Below, piece by piece: positions 36,476 to 47,292 of a stretch of DNA of 64,000 bases (its first letter is position 1; each line of letters begins with the position of its first letter). The stretch covers positions 5,152,001 through 5,216,000 of the forward strand of contig CAWAIF010000003.1 in assembly GCA_963782055.1 (NCBI GenBank), in the 5' to 3' direction. The notes beneath the pieces were generated by a model. The model was not told the DNA's origin. It saw nothing but the letters and a program-made list of their open reading frames with translations, and did not search any database. Origin of the DNA: an uncultured delta proteobacterium (GTDB lineage Bacteria; Myxococcota_A; Polyangia; Polyangiales; Polyangiaceae). The position numbers were made by a program, and so were the translations under genes.

Positions 36476-38869
36476 GTGAGAGCATGGCCGATCGTGGGTC
36501 ACGCCTATTTCGACCGGGGCGCCGCCAGCCGGCGGTTCGAGGCCGAACGAGCGACGACCCTGCGCTCGCGTGTCCGGACGCTCGTCGTCGTCCTGTCGGT
36601 CTTCTGGCTGCTCCAGCTCGCCTTCGGTGACGCGAAGGTCTTCGCCGCGGCCTGGGCGATCGTCGTCCTTCGCGTGGTCGAGGCCGTCGCGAACGTGGCG
36701 CTCCTCGTCGCGCTTCGAACGCCGAGCGCGTCCCTGCCCGGGCTCGAGCGCCGCACGCTGGCGTGGTTGAGCGCCGTCGTCGTGAGCATGGGTGTGGCGG
36801 TGTTCGGCGCGAGGCCCGAGTTCGTCCCGATGATGATTGGCAGCTACTTCGTCGGGATGCTCGCGTTCACCGGCTTCGGCTTCCGGTGGCGAACGATGGC
36901 GGCGATGCACGCGCTGTGCGTCCTGACGTTCCTCCCCGTGGGGCTGGTGCTGATGCCGGCCTGGCGGTTGGTCTACGTCGTGGTGGTCTCCATCTTCGCG
37001 CTGCCGTTCACGCTCCTCGCGGTCTCCGGGGCGTTCCGCGACCGGAGCGAGCTCGCGGCCATCGACGCCCAGCTCGCCCTCACCGCGACGAACGAGCGGC
37101 TGCGTGCCACCGAGGAGGCGCGGTCCCGTCTCTTCGTGAACCTGAGTCACGACCTCCGGACGCCGCTCGCGATCATCCGCGGGGACGCCGAGCACCTGCT
37201 CGCTGCCGCGCCAAACGCCGACGGCGCACGGTCGCTGCAGCGCATCACCCGCAACGCGGAAACGCTCGTCGAGCTCACGGCGCAGCTCCTCGAGCTGGCG
37301 CGCATCGACGAGGGGCGCCTGCCGCAGCAGCTCGCCAACGTGGACGTCGTGTCGCTGGCTCGCGACATCTGCGCGCAGCTCGCGCCGCCGAAGGGGGTCC
37401 GCTTCGTGTTCGACGGCCACGACGTGGTGGCGCGCGCCGACCCGCGGCACGCCCACCGCGTACTGGCGAACCTCGTGGGGAACGCCGTCCGCGAGCTGCG
37501 CCGCGGCGGCAGGGACGGCACGGTCGAGATCCGCGCGAGCCGCGACGAGCGACGTGGTGCCGTCGTGGTCGACGTGATCGACGACGGGCCCGGCGTGCCC
37601 ACCGACCGCCGAGCCCACCTCTTCGAGCGCTTCGCCCATTTCGACCGGGCCGGCGACACCGGCTCGGGTATCGGCCTGGCGCTCGCTCGCGAGCTCGCCG
37701 AGTTCGACGGCGGCTCGCTCGAGTACGTCGACTCCGCCGCGAGGACGACCTTTCGCCTGACGCTCCCGGAGGCGACGGGAACGGCCGACCCGTTCCCCTG
37801 GAGCTCGCGGGCGCCGAGCGCGCCGGCGCGACCCGTCGACACGACCGGCGTGCGCCCGGAGCACGCGCCGCGCATCCTGGTGGTCGAGGACTGGCCCGAC
37901 ATGAGCGACGTGCTCGTCCGCCTTCTCTCGCCCGCATTCGACGTCGAGACGGCCGCGACCGTGGCCGACGCCGTGGCGACCGCGCGCGCGGTCATGCCGA
38001 CGGCGGTGCTGGCCGACGTGATGTTGCCCGACGGCAACGCGTACGACCTGCTCCAGCGCCTGCGCGCCGACCCCGAGCTGGACGCCGTTCCGGTCGTGCT
38101 CCTCTCGGCGCTCGGCGAGCCCGCGGACCAGGCGCGCGGCCTGGCCGCAGGCGCCGACGACTACGTCGCGAAGCCGTTCTCGCCGCAGGAGCTCCTCGCG
38201 CGGCTGCGCGCCTGCATCGAGCGAGCGGCGACGCGAAGGCGCGCGCTCGCCGAGCAGCGTCGCGAGCTCGCGCTGGAGCTGCACGATGGCGTGGCGGGCG
38301 ATCTCGCGCGCGCCGTGGTGCTGCTCGGCGACGACGCGACGAACGCGCCGGCCCTCGAGGGCGCCCGCGCCGCCGTTCGCGAGGGTCTGCACGAGATCCG
38401 CTCCCTGATGTGGACGACCACGCATGCGCCCGAGTGGCGGGGGCTCGTGGCGAACGTCCGTCGCGGCCTCGCCGAGACATGCGAGGGGGCGGGCCTCGAG
38501 CTCTCGTTCGCCTCTAGCTCCGACGACGACGAGACGCGCGTCCCACCGACCGTCGCCCACGCGCTTCGCCGGATCACGCAGGAGTGGGTGACCAACGTCA
38601 TCCGCCACTCGGGCGCGAAGAAGGTGTCGTGCGTCCTGGTGCACGGCGACGGCTTCGTGCACGCGCACATGGAAGACGACGGCCGCGGGCTGGACGTCGC
38701 GCGTCCGGCCGGTCATGGGCTCGCCGGCATCGCGCGCCGCGCGCGGGCGCTCGACGGCCACGCGTCCTTCTCCAACGGCGACTCGGGCGGCGCGGTGATC
38801 GAAGTGGCGCTCCGGCTGATGCGGCGTCCGCGCGCCACGGGTCATCCGGAGCGCGCATCCGGCGATTGA
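36476..38869 (+). CDS. membrane hybrid histidine kinase with two transmitter modules (HisKA-HATPase-REC-HisKA_3-HATPase)
   Basis: SHDLRTPL, DDGPG and GSGIGL; REC 'ILVVED..DVMLP..KPF'; then ELHDGV, TNVIRHS, DDGRG and GHGL. Confidence 0.85.
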   Translation: MRAWPIVGHAYFDRGAASRRFEAERATTLRSRVRTLVVVLSVFWLLQLAFGDAKVFAAAWAIVVLRVVEAVANVALLVALRTPSASLPGLERRTLAWLSAVVVSMGVAVFGARPEFVPMMIGSYFVGMLAFTGFGFRWRTMAAMHALCVLTFLPVGLVLMPAWRLVYVVVVSIFALPFTLLAVSGAFRDRSELAAIDAQLALTATNERLRATEEARSRLFVNLSHDLRTPLAIIRGDAEHLLAAAPNADGARSLQRITRNAETLVELTAQLLELARIDEGRLPQQLANVDVVSLARDICAQLAPPKGVRFVFDGHDVVARADPRHAHRVLANLVGNAVRELRRGGRDGTVEIRASRDERRGAVVVDVIDDGPGVPTDRRAHLFERFAHFDRAGDTGSGIGLALARELAEFDGGSLEYVDSAARTTFRLTLPEATGTADPFPWSSRAPSAPARPVDTTGVRPEHAPRILVVEDWPDMSDVLVRLLSPAFDVETAATVADAVATARAVMPTAVLADVMLPDGNAYDLLQRLRADPELDAVPVVLLSALGEPADQARGLAAGADDYVAKPFSPQELLARLRACIERAATRRRALAEQRRELALELHDGVAGDLARAVVLLGDDATNAPALEGARAAVREGLHEIRSLMWTTTHAPEWRGLVANVRRGLAETCEGAGLELSFASSSDDDETRVPPTVAHALRRITQEWVTNVIRHSGAKKVSCVLVHGDGFVHAHMEDDGRGLDVARPAGHGLAGIARRARALDGHASFSNGDSGGAVIEVALRLMRRPRATGHPERASGD

Positions 38870-39189
38870 GGCCGGCTCGCCTGACGACGAGGGAGGAGGC
38901 CCCTCGCACGGCCGACCGGGCTCCCGGTTGATCCCCTTAACCCGTGATCGGCTAACACTGACCATTAGACCAGGATTGCAAGCTGTCCGAGCTGTGCGCG
39001 CACGGGCAGAGGAAGCCGGCGACGGTTCGGGTCGGGCGCCTCGCGCAGCAGCAGGCGTCGCAGACGCGCGGCGATGGAGGCTAGCCGGCGCCCCGGGCGC
39101 GCCCGGCGACCGGCCGACCGCGCCCCCCGGACGCGACCTTGCGGGCGAAGGCACCCGGCCTGCCGGCGTTCCTGCGGTGCTCCGCCGGG

Positions 39190-39348
39190 CTGACGTTTGG
39201 GGATCGGCCCCGCGAGGCGCCTGGCCAGGCGCGCGAGCGTGACGTCGTCGACGGGCGCGCGCGCGTCGTGGATGACGCGGCCGCCGAAGACGGCGAGGTG
39301 GTGATCCGCGAGGAGCTTCGCGTCCGAAGCGGCGGTCGTGCGAGGCAT
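39190..39348 (-). pseudogene. N-terminal gene fragment (possibly SMI1/KNR4-associated)
   Basis: MPRTTAASDAKLLADHHLAVFGGRVIHDARAPVDDVTLARLARRLAGPIP, then loses protein-like character. Confidence 0.35.
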
Positions 39349-39735
39349 CTGCAGTCCTTTCCTGGAGACCGGCGGCCCGGGACCCGCCCGAGCGTACCAT
39401 CGCGGGCACGCCGGCCGGGACCACGCCGCCTCGTCTGCGCCGGGATCGGAAGCTGTCTCGGCCTGCCCACGCGACGCCCCGCGTCGAGGCGCCTGCCGAG
39501 GCAGGTGGAGAACCGCACTCGAAATCGTGTGCGCACGATGCCCGCGCGCGAGGGAGGCCCGCTCGAGCGCGCGCGTGTGCTTGTCGTTGTCGGGTTGGCC
39601 TCCTCCTGCGTCGCGCCGGCGGCGGTCGTGCGCTGCGCGGCCTCGGCGGCTGCGAGCCCGCCCTCGAGGTGCGCGACGGGCGCGGCGTGCAGATCGGCCT
39701 TGTTCATGCGGCGATAGTCTGGTGAGTTCGCGATC

Positions 39736-42700
39736 ATGTCGAGTGTCCTCGCCGTGGTCTCCAAGGCCATTTTCGACAAGCAAGCCAAGGGCCTCGCGCC
39801 GGGCGCCGTGTGGGACACCGCCCGCTACGCGAGCCACAACCCGAACCTCGACGCGCTCGCGAGCGGCGGCGGCGACCTGTTCCTCGTCACGGTCCGCCCG
39901 AACGACGTCCTCTGGCTCGTCGCGATTCTCCGCGCGCCCAAGGCGGACGCCGACGGCTGGAAGAGCGCCCCGAACACGACCCCCGTCCGTGACGTCACCG
40001 AGCTCCTCCCGAACCTGAAGTTCTCGACCGGCAAGGGCGTGAAGGCCGACAAGGGCAAGCTCGGCATGTCCCTCCAGACCCCGCGCCAGCTCACCCCCGC
40101 CGACGTCACCCTCCTCGACGGCGCTCCCACGCCCCTGCCCACGCGCACGCCCACGCCCACGCGCACGCCCACGCGCACGCCCACGCCCACGCCCACGCCC
40201 CCGCCGACGACCACGCCCCGCGTCGTCCTCACAGAGACCGTGCGCAAGTGGCTCACGCCCAGCCCACCCAAGCCCCCCGCGCGCTACGTCCGCGCGGCGC
40301 GCGACAAGGCCGCCCAGGACGCGGCGCTCGCGAACGCCAAGCCCGAGGTCACCGCGCTCGCGGCGAAGATCCGCGCGTGGCTCGACGACGGAGCGCGCTT
40401 CACCGCGAAATACGACGACGAGACCCAGGTGGCGGCCGCGAATTTCCTCCAGCGCTTCTTCGGCGTGCCGGATTTCGCCGCGCATTGGGCTCACGAGCTC
40501 GGCGTCGCGCACGCCGCGCGGCTCCTTCTCCACGATCGCCTCGTCGATCTCGGGACCGGGGCCAAGCGAGAGCTCGTGCGCAGCAAGCAACGCCACGACG
40601 CCTACGACCACCAATTCGCGCTCTCGCGTCTGGTCCCCCACGCGCGCGGCCTCTCGCCCGACGAGCTCGCGGAGGTGAAGCGCGAGCTCGAGCCGATCGT
40701 CGCGCCGCTCCATCCGACGGTGCACCTGGCGCTCGCGCGCGTCGTCCGGGACCAGGAGACCATCGACGCCATCGCGCGTCGCGCGGCCAGCGACGCGGCG
40801 TTCTTCCAGAAGGCCGAGGAGATCGCTTCGATCTCGCGCGTCATCGTCGCCGAGTCGCACGACGCGGACGCGGTCGAGGCGATCCTCGTGAAGAAGCCTT
40901 CGTGCGTCCAATTCGGCGGCGCGCGGGGCCTCGCGCGCGCGCTCCAGAACATCCCCGTCGCGACGCTCGAGCGCGCGCTCCTCGCGATCTTGCCCGCCAT
41001 CGAGAAGAAGGCGACGCCCGGAGACTACAAGGAGATCTTGCGCGTGCTCGCGTGCATCGACGACGCGCCCGTCGCCGACTACCTCGCGCAGCGCGCGCAC
41101 GCGAAGCCGGTGCAGCCCGTCGCGCTCGAGTACTTCACGCTGCACCCCCACCACCTCGGCGCGCTCGAGGCGGTGTCGAAGCAGAAGGGCAAAGCGGGCG
41201 CGGCCGCCGCGACGATCCTCGACTCGGCGCGTCGCCACGCGCGTACGCCCGCGCCCACGCCCGCGCCCACGCCCACACCCACGGGCACCGCGGAACCGCG
41301 CGTGGCGATCACCGAGACCGTCCGCAAGTGGCTCACGCGCGACACGTTCAAGCGTCCCGAGCGCTTCGTCCGCGCGAACCAACCGAAGGACGTGCTGAAG
41401 CGGATCGACGACGCGCTCGGGCGCGCGGCCCCCGAGGTCGCGCCCATCGCCGCGAAGATCCGCGCCTGGCTCGCCGACGACGACGGGCGCTTCTCGGCCG
41501 CTCACGACGACGAGACCCAGGTCGCCGCGTCGAACTTGCTCCTGCGGTTCTGCCACGGCCTGCGCTTCCACACGCCGGACTTCGTCGGAAACTGGGTCGA
41601 GGCGTTCGGGGTCGAGCACGCCGCGCGCCTCCTCCTCCGCGACCCGATCGTCGATCTCGACTCCACGTCGCGCGTGGTCGACGAGCGGCTCGTGCGCGCA
41701 GCGGATGCCGGCGGCCGGGCCATCCGACTGGAGTTCGCGCTCCGTACGCTGCTCCCGTACGTGCGCGATTGCGCTCCGGAGGAGCTCGCCCGGCTGAAAC
41801 GCGAGATCGAGCCGCTCGTCGCGGACCTTCCCCCGGTGGTCCACCTCGCCGTCGCGCGCCTCGTGCGCGACCAGGAGACCATCGACGCGATCGCGCGACG
41901 CGCGGCCGAGGACGTGGCGCTCCAGCTGGACCTCGTGCGGTCCGGCGTCTTGAGTGTGCTCGTCGCCGAGTCGCGCGACGCCGATGCCGTCGAGAAGCTC
42001 ATCGTGATGGGGGGCAACGCCGCGCCGAGCCTCGCGTGCGCCCTCGAGCACCTCCCGGTCGCGACCATGAAGCGCGCCATGCTCGCGATCTCGCCGCAGA
42101 GCGAGAAGGCTACGCCGGGCCGTTACAAGGCGTTTCTCGAGGTGCTCGCGTGCATCGTCGACGCCGACGTGGCCGACTACCTGGCGCGCCACGCTCACGC
42201 GAGGCCGGCGCAACCCGTCGCGCTCGAGTACTTCACGCTCCACCCCCACCACCTCGGCGCGCTCGAGGCGGTGTCGAAGCAGAAGGGCAAAGCGGGCGCG
42301 GCCGCCGCGACCGTCCTCGAGTCCGTGCGCCGACGCGCGCCGGCCGGGGCTCCCGTGGCCGCCGCCGCGGCGACCGCGTCCACCGACGGCGTGCCCGTCG
42401 TGCTCCGCGCGCCTCCTTGGAAGAAGAAGGGCGACGGCGACGATCTCGTCCTCGATCTGCCCATCCCGATCGAACCGGTCACCCAGCTCCGCCCCGACGA
42501 GTACGTCAAGTGGGTGCAAGGCCCGCTCTGGACGCGATTCCGGGACGTCGCGAAGCTGAAGGCGCACCTCGAGTCGGGTCACTACCCCCAGATCCGCAAC
42601 GAGTACCTCGAGGGGCTCTTGACCGACCTCGGCCCGGAGGCGGCGCCGGTCGTGATCGAAGCGGCCGCGCGCGAGCCGGCGGCGAACATCGGCTTCCTCA

Positions 42701-44355
42701 CGCACGTCCTGTCGCCGCGCGGCGCGGTCGCGCTCGCGTCCCTGCTCGCTCGGACGAAGGAGGCTCCGGAGGTCCGGGCGTTCTTGATCGATCACGCCGA
42801 CCTCGCCGCGCGCGGGCTCGTGCCCGCCGCTGTCGCCAGGGACGCCAAGCTCCGGCGCGCGGGGCGCGCGGGGATCGCGGTGCTGGCCGACGCCGGCAAG
42901 CTCGACGCCGTCGCGGCCGTCGCGAAGACGCTCGGCGTCGACCCGAAGGCCCTCGAGCCCGATGACGCGCTCCCCGCGCCACGGAAGATGCCGCCGTTCG
43001 CCGACGCGCGCGCCCTGCCCGCGCCGGTCCTCGCCGAGAGCGGCGCGCCGCTGCCCGAGGCGGCCGTCGCCAACCTGCTCGCCATCCTCTCGGTGCTCCC
43101 GAAGGACCACGGCCACCCGAGCGTCGACGCGATCAAGGCGGCCTGCACGCAGGAGTCGCTCGACGCGTTCGCCTGGGCGCTCCTCTCGGACTACGTGCTC
43201 GCGGGCGCGCCGGCGCGCCACGACTGGGCGCTCTTCGCCGCCGGCCACCTCGGCTCGGACGACGTCGCGCGCAAGGTGGACGCCGCGGCGCGCAAGTGGG
43301 TGCAAGTCAGCGTCCCGCTCATGCAGAAGTCGCTCGACGTGCTCGCGCTCATCGGCACCGACGTCGCGCTGTCGCTCTGCTACGAGCGCGGGCTCGCGGC
43401 GAAGTTCGCCGACACGCAGGAGCGCGCGCGCCGGATCCTCGAGCAGGTCGCCGCGCAGCGCGGAATCGACTACGCCGAGCTCGAGGACCGCCTCGTGCCC
43501 GAGCTCGGCCTCGACCGCGGCCCGATCGTGCTCGACTACGGCGCGCGAACCTTCGAGGTGAAGCTGGACGAGCACCTCGCGCCCTACGTCGCGGTCGACG
43601 GCGTGCGCCGTGAGGCGCCTCCCAGGCCGGCGAAGTCGGACGACGCGGCGAAGGCCAAGGTCGCGGCCGCGCGCTACGCGACGCTCGCGGAGGACCTCTC
43701 GCACGTCGCGCGGACGCAGATCCTCCGCCTCGAGCGCGCGATGCGCGAGGGGCGCGTCTGGCCGCGCGACGCGTGGCTGCGCGAGGTGGCCGAGCACCCG
43801 CTCCTTCGCCACCTCGCGCCGCGCATCGTCTGGCGCGCGGGCGACGCCCTCGTGCGCATCGCGGAGGACGGCACCTTCTCCGACCCGAACGACGAGCTCG
43901 TCACCCTCGACGGCGCGGTCGAGGTCCGCGTCGCCCACCGGCTCGACGAGGATCCCACGCAGTGGGCGAAGATGTCGCAGGTCTTCGGCGACTACGAGAT
44001 CCTCCAGCCGTTCGACCAGCTCGGGCGCGAGACGTTTCGGCCGACAGGTGCAAAATACACGGATTCGGTCGGGCGCAAGGCGCCGTGGGCGGCGGTCGAC
44101 GAGCTGCTCACCGGGCGCGGCTGGATCCGCACGCCGCCGGACGACGGCACGGTCAAGACGCTCGCCTTCCCGCTCGACCGCGTCGGCGTGGCGGGGGCGC
44201 GCGCGACGCTCGGGATCACGCCGGGCCTCACGATCGGCCCGGTCAAGGCGCGCCCCGAGCAGACGGTGGGCGAGCTCGTGCTGCACGGCGTCACGTTCGA
44301 GGAGCTCCAGCCGCGCGTCGCGAGCGAGCTCACGCGCGACGCCGCCACGCTCTAG
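39736..44355 (+). CDS. DUF4132-domain protein with PT linker and internal tandem duplication
   Basis: C-terminal 'ELEDRLVPELGLD..LDYGARTF..HPLLRHLA..W..D..V.VAH..W..VFGDYEILQPFDQLGR' DUF4132 pattern, plus two repeats of about 340 aa. Confidence 0.85.
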   Translation: MSSVLAVVSKAIFDKQAKGLAPGAVWDTARYASHNPNLDALASGGGDLFLVTVRPNDVLWLVAILRAPKADADGWKSAPNTTPVRDVTELLPNLKFSTGKGVKADKGKLGMSLQTPRQLTPADVTLLDGAPTPLPTRTPTPTRTPTRTPTPTPTPPPTTTPRVVLTETVRKWLTPSPPKPPARYVRAARDKAAQDAALANAKPEVTALAAKIRAWLDDGARFTAKYDDETQVAAANFLQRFFGVPDFAAHWAHELGVAHAARLLLHDRLVDLGTGAKRELVRSKQRHDAYDHQFALSRLVPHARGLSPDELAEVKRELEPIVAPLHPTVHLALARVVRDQETIDAIARRAASDAAFFQKAEEIASISRVIVAESHDADAVEAILVKKPSCVQFGGARGLARALQNIPVATLERALLAILPAIEKKATPGDYKEILRVLACIDDAPVADYLAQRAHAKPVQPVALEYFTLHPHHLGALEAVSKQKGKAGAAAATILDSARRHARTPAPTPAPTPTPTGTAEPRVAITETVRKWLTRDTFKRPERFVRANQPKDVLKRIDDALGRAAPEVAPIAAKIRAWLADDDGRFSAAHDDETQVAASNLLLRFCHGLRFHTPDFVGNWVEAFGVEHAARLLLRDPIVDLDSTSRVVDERLVRAADAGGRAIRLEFALRTLLPYVRDCAPEELARLKREIEPLVADLPPVVHLAVARLVRDQETIDAIARRAAEDVALQLDLVRSGVLSVLVAESRDADAVEKLIVMGGNAAPSLACALEHLPVATMKRAMLAISPQSEKATPGRYKAFLEVLACIVDADVADYLARHAHARPAQPVALEYFTLHPHHLGALEAVSKQKGKAGAAAATVLESVRRRAPAGAPVAAAAATASTDGVPVVLRAPPWKKKGDGDDLVLDLPIPIEPVTQLRPDEYVKWVQGPLWTRFRDVAKLKAHLESGHYPQIRNEYLEGLLTDLGPEAAPVVIEAAAREPAANIGFLTHVLSPRGAVALASLLARTKEAPEVRAFLIDHADLAARGLVPAAVARDAKLRRAGRAGIAVLADAGKLDAVAAVAKTLGVDPKALEPDDALPAPRKMPPFADARALPAPVLAESGAPLPEAAVANLLAILSVLPKDHGHPSVDAIKAACTQESLDAFAWALLSDYVLAGAPARHDWALFAAGHLGSDDVARKVDAAARKWVQVSVPLMQKSLDVLALIGTDVALSLCYERGLAAKFADTQERARRILEQVAAQRGIDYAELEDRLVPELGLDRGPIVLDYGARTFEVKLDEHLAPYVAVDGVRREAPPRPAKSDDAAKAKVAAARYATLAEDLSHVARTQILRLERAMREGRVWPRDAWLREVAEHPLLRHLAPRIVWRAGDALVRIAEDGTFSDPNDELVTLDGAVEVRVAHRLDEDPTQWAKMSQVFGDYEILQPFDQLGRETFRPTGAKYTDSVGRKAPWAAVDELLTGRGWIRTPPDDGTVKTLAFPLDRVGVAGARATLGITPGLTIGPVKARPEQTVGELVLHGVTFEELQPRVASELTRDAATL

Positions 44356-44370
44356 GTTCACCCCGGAGGC

Positions 44371-44429
44371 CGCATAGGAAATGCTGGCGCGGTCGGGCGC
44401 GAAAGCTTGCGAAATCCGTGATATGCGAA
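44371..44429 (+). repeat. dispersed bipartite repeat, arm A plus degenerate core (copy 4)
   Basis: CGCATAGGAAATGCTGGCGCGGTCGGGCGCGAAAGCTTGCGAAATCCGTGATATGCGAA. Confidence 0.9.
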
Positions 44430-44499
44430 GCTACCGTACGGCGCTGGCTGCGCACGGATCCACGCGCATCGGGCGACGCAGATCGTGTATGAAGCCTCC

Positions 44500-45168
44500 A
44501 TGACAATCTCCGTCGTCACGGGCGCCAACAGGGGTATTGGGCTCGCACTCGTCGCCGAGCTCACGAAGCGCGGCCACACGGTGCTCGCCGCGTGTCGCAA
44601 GGCCTCGCCCGAGCTCGAGAAGCTCGGCGCCGAGGTCGTCGTTGGCGTGGACGTCTCGACCGACGAGGGCATCGCCGCGCTCGTCGCCGCGGTCGGCGCG
44701 CGCTCGGTCGACCTGCTCGTGAACAACGCGGGCATCCTCGTATGGGGCGACCGCCTGGGAGCGCTGAACGTGGAGGGCATCCGCAAGCAGTTCGAGGTGA
44801 ACGCACTCGGGCCGCTCCGCCTCACCGATGCGCTGCGCGACAGGTTCCCCCGCGGGGCGAAGGTCGCGCTCGTCACCAGCCGCATGGGCTCGATCGACGA
44901 CAACTCGTCGGGCGGCGCGTACGGCTACCGCATGAGCAAGGCCGCGCTCAACATGGCGGGGAAGTCGCTCGCCGTGGACCTTCGCGAGCGAGACGTCGCC
45001 GTGGCGATCCTCCACCCCGGCATGGTCAAGACCGACATGGTCGGCGCGCACGGTGGCCAGGTGGAGCCCGCGGACGCCGCGCGCGACCTGCTCGCGCGCG
45101 TGGACGAGCTCACCATGGAGACCTCGGGCGGCTTCTGGCACGCGAACGGGCAGCGCCTGCCCTGGTAG
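44500..45168 (+). CDS. short-chain dehydrogenase/reductase (CsgA-like SDR)
   Basis: TGANRGIG, NNAG, SRMGSIDDN, YRMSK and HPGMVKTDM. Confidence 0.9.
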   Translation: MTISVVTGANRGIGLALVAELTKRGHTVLAACRKASPELEKLGAEVVVGVDVSTDEGIAALVAAVGARSVDLLVNNAGILVWGDRLGALNVEGIRKQFEVNALGPLRLTDALRDRFPRGAKVALVTSRMGSIDDNSSGGAYGYRMSKAALNMAGKSLAVDLRERDVAVAILHPGMVKTDMVGAHGGQVEPADAARDLLARVDELTMETSGGFWHANGQRLPW

Positions 45169-45939
45169 CTCCCCGCCTCGACCTCGACGAGCGGCGGGTG
45201 CGTCCGTCGTCGATCGCGGGGCTCGTCGCGCTCGCGGTCCTGATGGTGGCGTGCCGCTCGTGACGACGCGAAGCGCGGGGCCCGAGAAGCCTCGCGCGGC
45301 CGCTGCGCCGGAGCCGCGCGACTCGAGCGACATCGACTGCGACCCGCCGCTCGGTCCGGCCTCGGGCCTTGCCGAGCCGCTGCGGATGCCTCATCGTCGC
45401 CCGCGTGAGATCGATCGACGAGCTGCTACGCCACGGCGCGAGACACCTGCAGTTGGACCGCGGCTTCCCGAACGGCTCGCTGCCCGCCGAAGACAAATCC
45501 ATGACGTCGTCGCCCACGTGAACGCCGCGCTCGAACGAGACGCGAGCCGGTATCGTCTGTACGGCTTCGCCGAGGACGTCGCCGGGTGGGAGAGTGACGA
45601 GCCGGTGATCATGCTCCTCACGGGGAGCGAGCGCGGCCGGCTCGTGGAGAGCGGAGTCGTGCGGGCCTAGCTCACCACGGGATCGTGGCGTTCTCCCGGC
45701 GCGTGAACGTCCCGGTCGGCCCGTCCGGACCCAGCAACGCCACGCGCACGGCCTCGCGCGAGCCCACCTCGATGGATTCGGTGCCCTCGAAGCCGTTGAG
45801 GTTCGTACTCGTGAACCGTGATGCCACGCGCTGCGAGCCGCTTCGCGACCTCGAGCCCGACGCCTTGGTTTGCCCCGGTGACGAGGGCGACGCGTTTGTC
45901 CCGCGCACGCGCGCGAACTTCAAGGCGTCGTCTGGTGTG

Positions 45940-46240
45940 GCCGCGGTGATCGTCCGCGTCGAACCAGGTTGGTCGACGACGCGAACAATCCCAGGGTCGT
46001 CGCGCAGGTCGAGCCGCAGTGCGCCGACCGGAAGGCCGCCAGCGTCGTGACGTGGTCGTGCCGCTGCCAGAACGCCGCCGGTCGCACCGAAGACGGCGCG
46101 AGCTACTGCTCGTGGCCGGAGGGCACGCAGTGCGTTCAGCTGTTCAGCTGGTGGCCCCCATCGGACCGCCGCCGCCGGGCAGAGCGACTTGGCGGGCGCT
46201 TACTGCATCCCCGCCGGCCCGCGCTCACTGGAGCAGGCGG
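45940..46240 (+). pseudogene. fragment of a Cys-rich myxobacterial lipoprotein
   Basis: 'QCADRKAASVVTWSCRCQNAAGRTEDGASYCSWPEGTQCVQL', with a YCIP tail in another frame and no clean start. Confidence 0.35.
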
Positions 46241-46429
46241 TCCTTGACCGCGATGTTGAGCGTCATCACCGCCGAGGCCTCGCTCGCGACCGACGAGAAG
46301 CCGGCGTTGGGCTCGTTGCATGCAAAGTACACAGAACGGACCCCGGCGCCGTAGGCGGCTGAGCACGCCGAGCCCGGCTCGGGGCGCGTTCTACGTGCGT
46401 CGCGCGCACCGCGGCCCCGGGTCCGCCGC

Positions 46430-46597
46430 TCAGGCGACCTCGTCGTAGCCGGAGACTCTGCGCAGCACGCGGCTCTGCCAGAACGGAGGCCCTCGCGCCG
46501 GAGCGCGGGGCGGGAGCGACGTGGGCTCGCCCAGCGTGCGCAGGAACCGGGCGATGCTCTTGTCCTCCAGGACCATCGCGACGAGGCGCATCCGACC
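46430..46597 (-). mobile_element. C-terminal remnant of an IS91-family (Y2) transposase
   Basis: Hand translation GRMRLVAMVLEDKSIARFLRTLGEPTSLPPRAPARGPPFWQSRVLRR, matching the IS91/ISCR C-terminal 'GRMR....I..IL..LG.P...P..APARGPP' pattern. Confidence 0.7.
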
Positions 46598-46692
46598 CTG
46601 GACTCAACTCTCCCGTCCCCGAGCCCCTTTCCATGCCTCCCGGTTTCCGCTGAGGACCGCCGGAAGGCCCATGCCGTTACCGAGACATGCTC

Positions 46693-47292
46693 CTAGTAGA
46701 AGCGGAAACCAGATTCGTACGCTATTAACCACTTTGGAGGCATAGGGCCAGATCCGGCGAACATTGTCCGAGCGCACGGACCATTCCAGGATTCGACCAC
46801 CTGGATTGCGGCCTTCTGCCAGTCGGTCTCTTCTTTGTCCGCGAGTCTCTCCCCCTCATCGCCTTTACTACAGCTGCCTGCCATTTGTGCGACATAGAGT
46901 GCCGATCCCAACGCCCGAGCGGTCGCGACAACGGCCTCATTCTCATTCGAGGTGATGGCCTCGACGATTCGGAGTGAAACCGTTGCCGAGGAGGCGAGGA
47001 TTGTGATTCCTTCTTCGTTGAGGTACGCCACGACATCCTTGAGGCTGATAAGCAATCCAGTTCTTGCTGCGGTGTCGATCTCCTCGCTTCCAGATGCATG
47101 CTTCCATCCAAATTCAACCGCCTCCTTGACGGCCGGATAGTGGTTGCCGACCCAATGTTTGTCATAGACTTGGTGCGCGCGTTCTCCACACGCACTGGCC
47201 AAAGCAACGCGCGCGCGGAGTGCGACTGGTGCCAATCTCTTTTTCCTGAGGGAGTGCGTGGGAGTGCGTTCAGAACGATTGTGTGGCCGCAT
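46693..47292 (-). CDS. lower-GC hypothetical protein (immunity-like); putative ATG lies inside repeat arm A
   Basis: 199 aa; visibly AT-richer than its surroundings; 'ARVALASACGERA..VKEAVEFGW'. Confidence 0.6.
   Translation of the reverse strand: MRPHNRSERTPTHSLRKKRLAPVALRARVALASACGERAHQVYDKHWVGNHYPAVKEAVEFGWKHASGSEEIDTAARTGLLISLKDVVAYLNEEGITILASSATVSLRIVEAITSNENEAVVATARALGSALYVAQMAGSCSKGDEGERLADKEETDWQKAAIQVVESWNGPCARTMFAGSGPMPPKWLIAYESGFRFY

Noticed and set aside
44500..45168. Naming this gene csgA (C-signal)
   Set aside because: The SDR subfamily is similar, but orthology cannot be established without a phylogeny.
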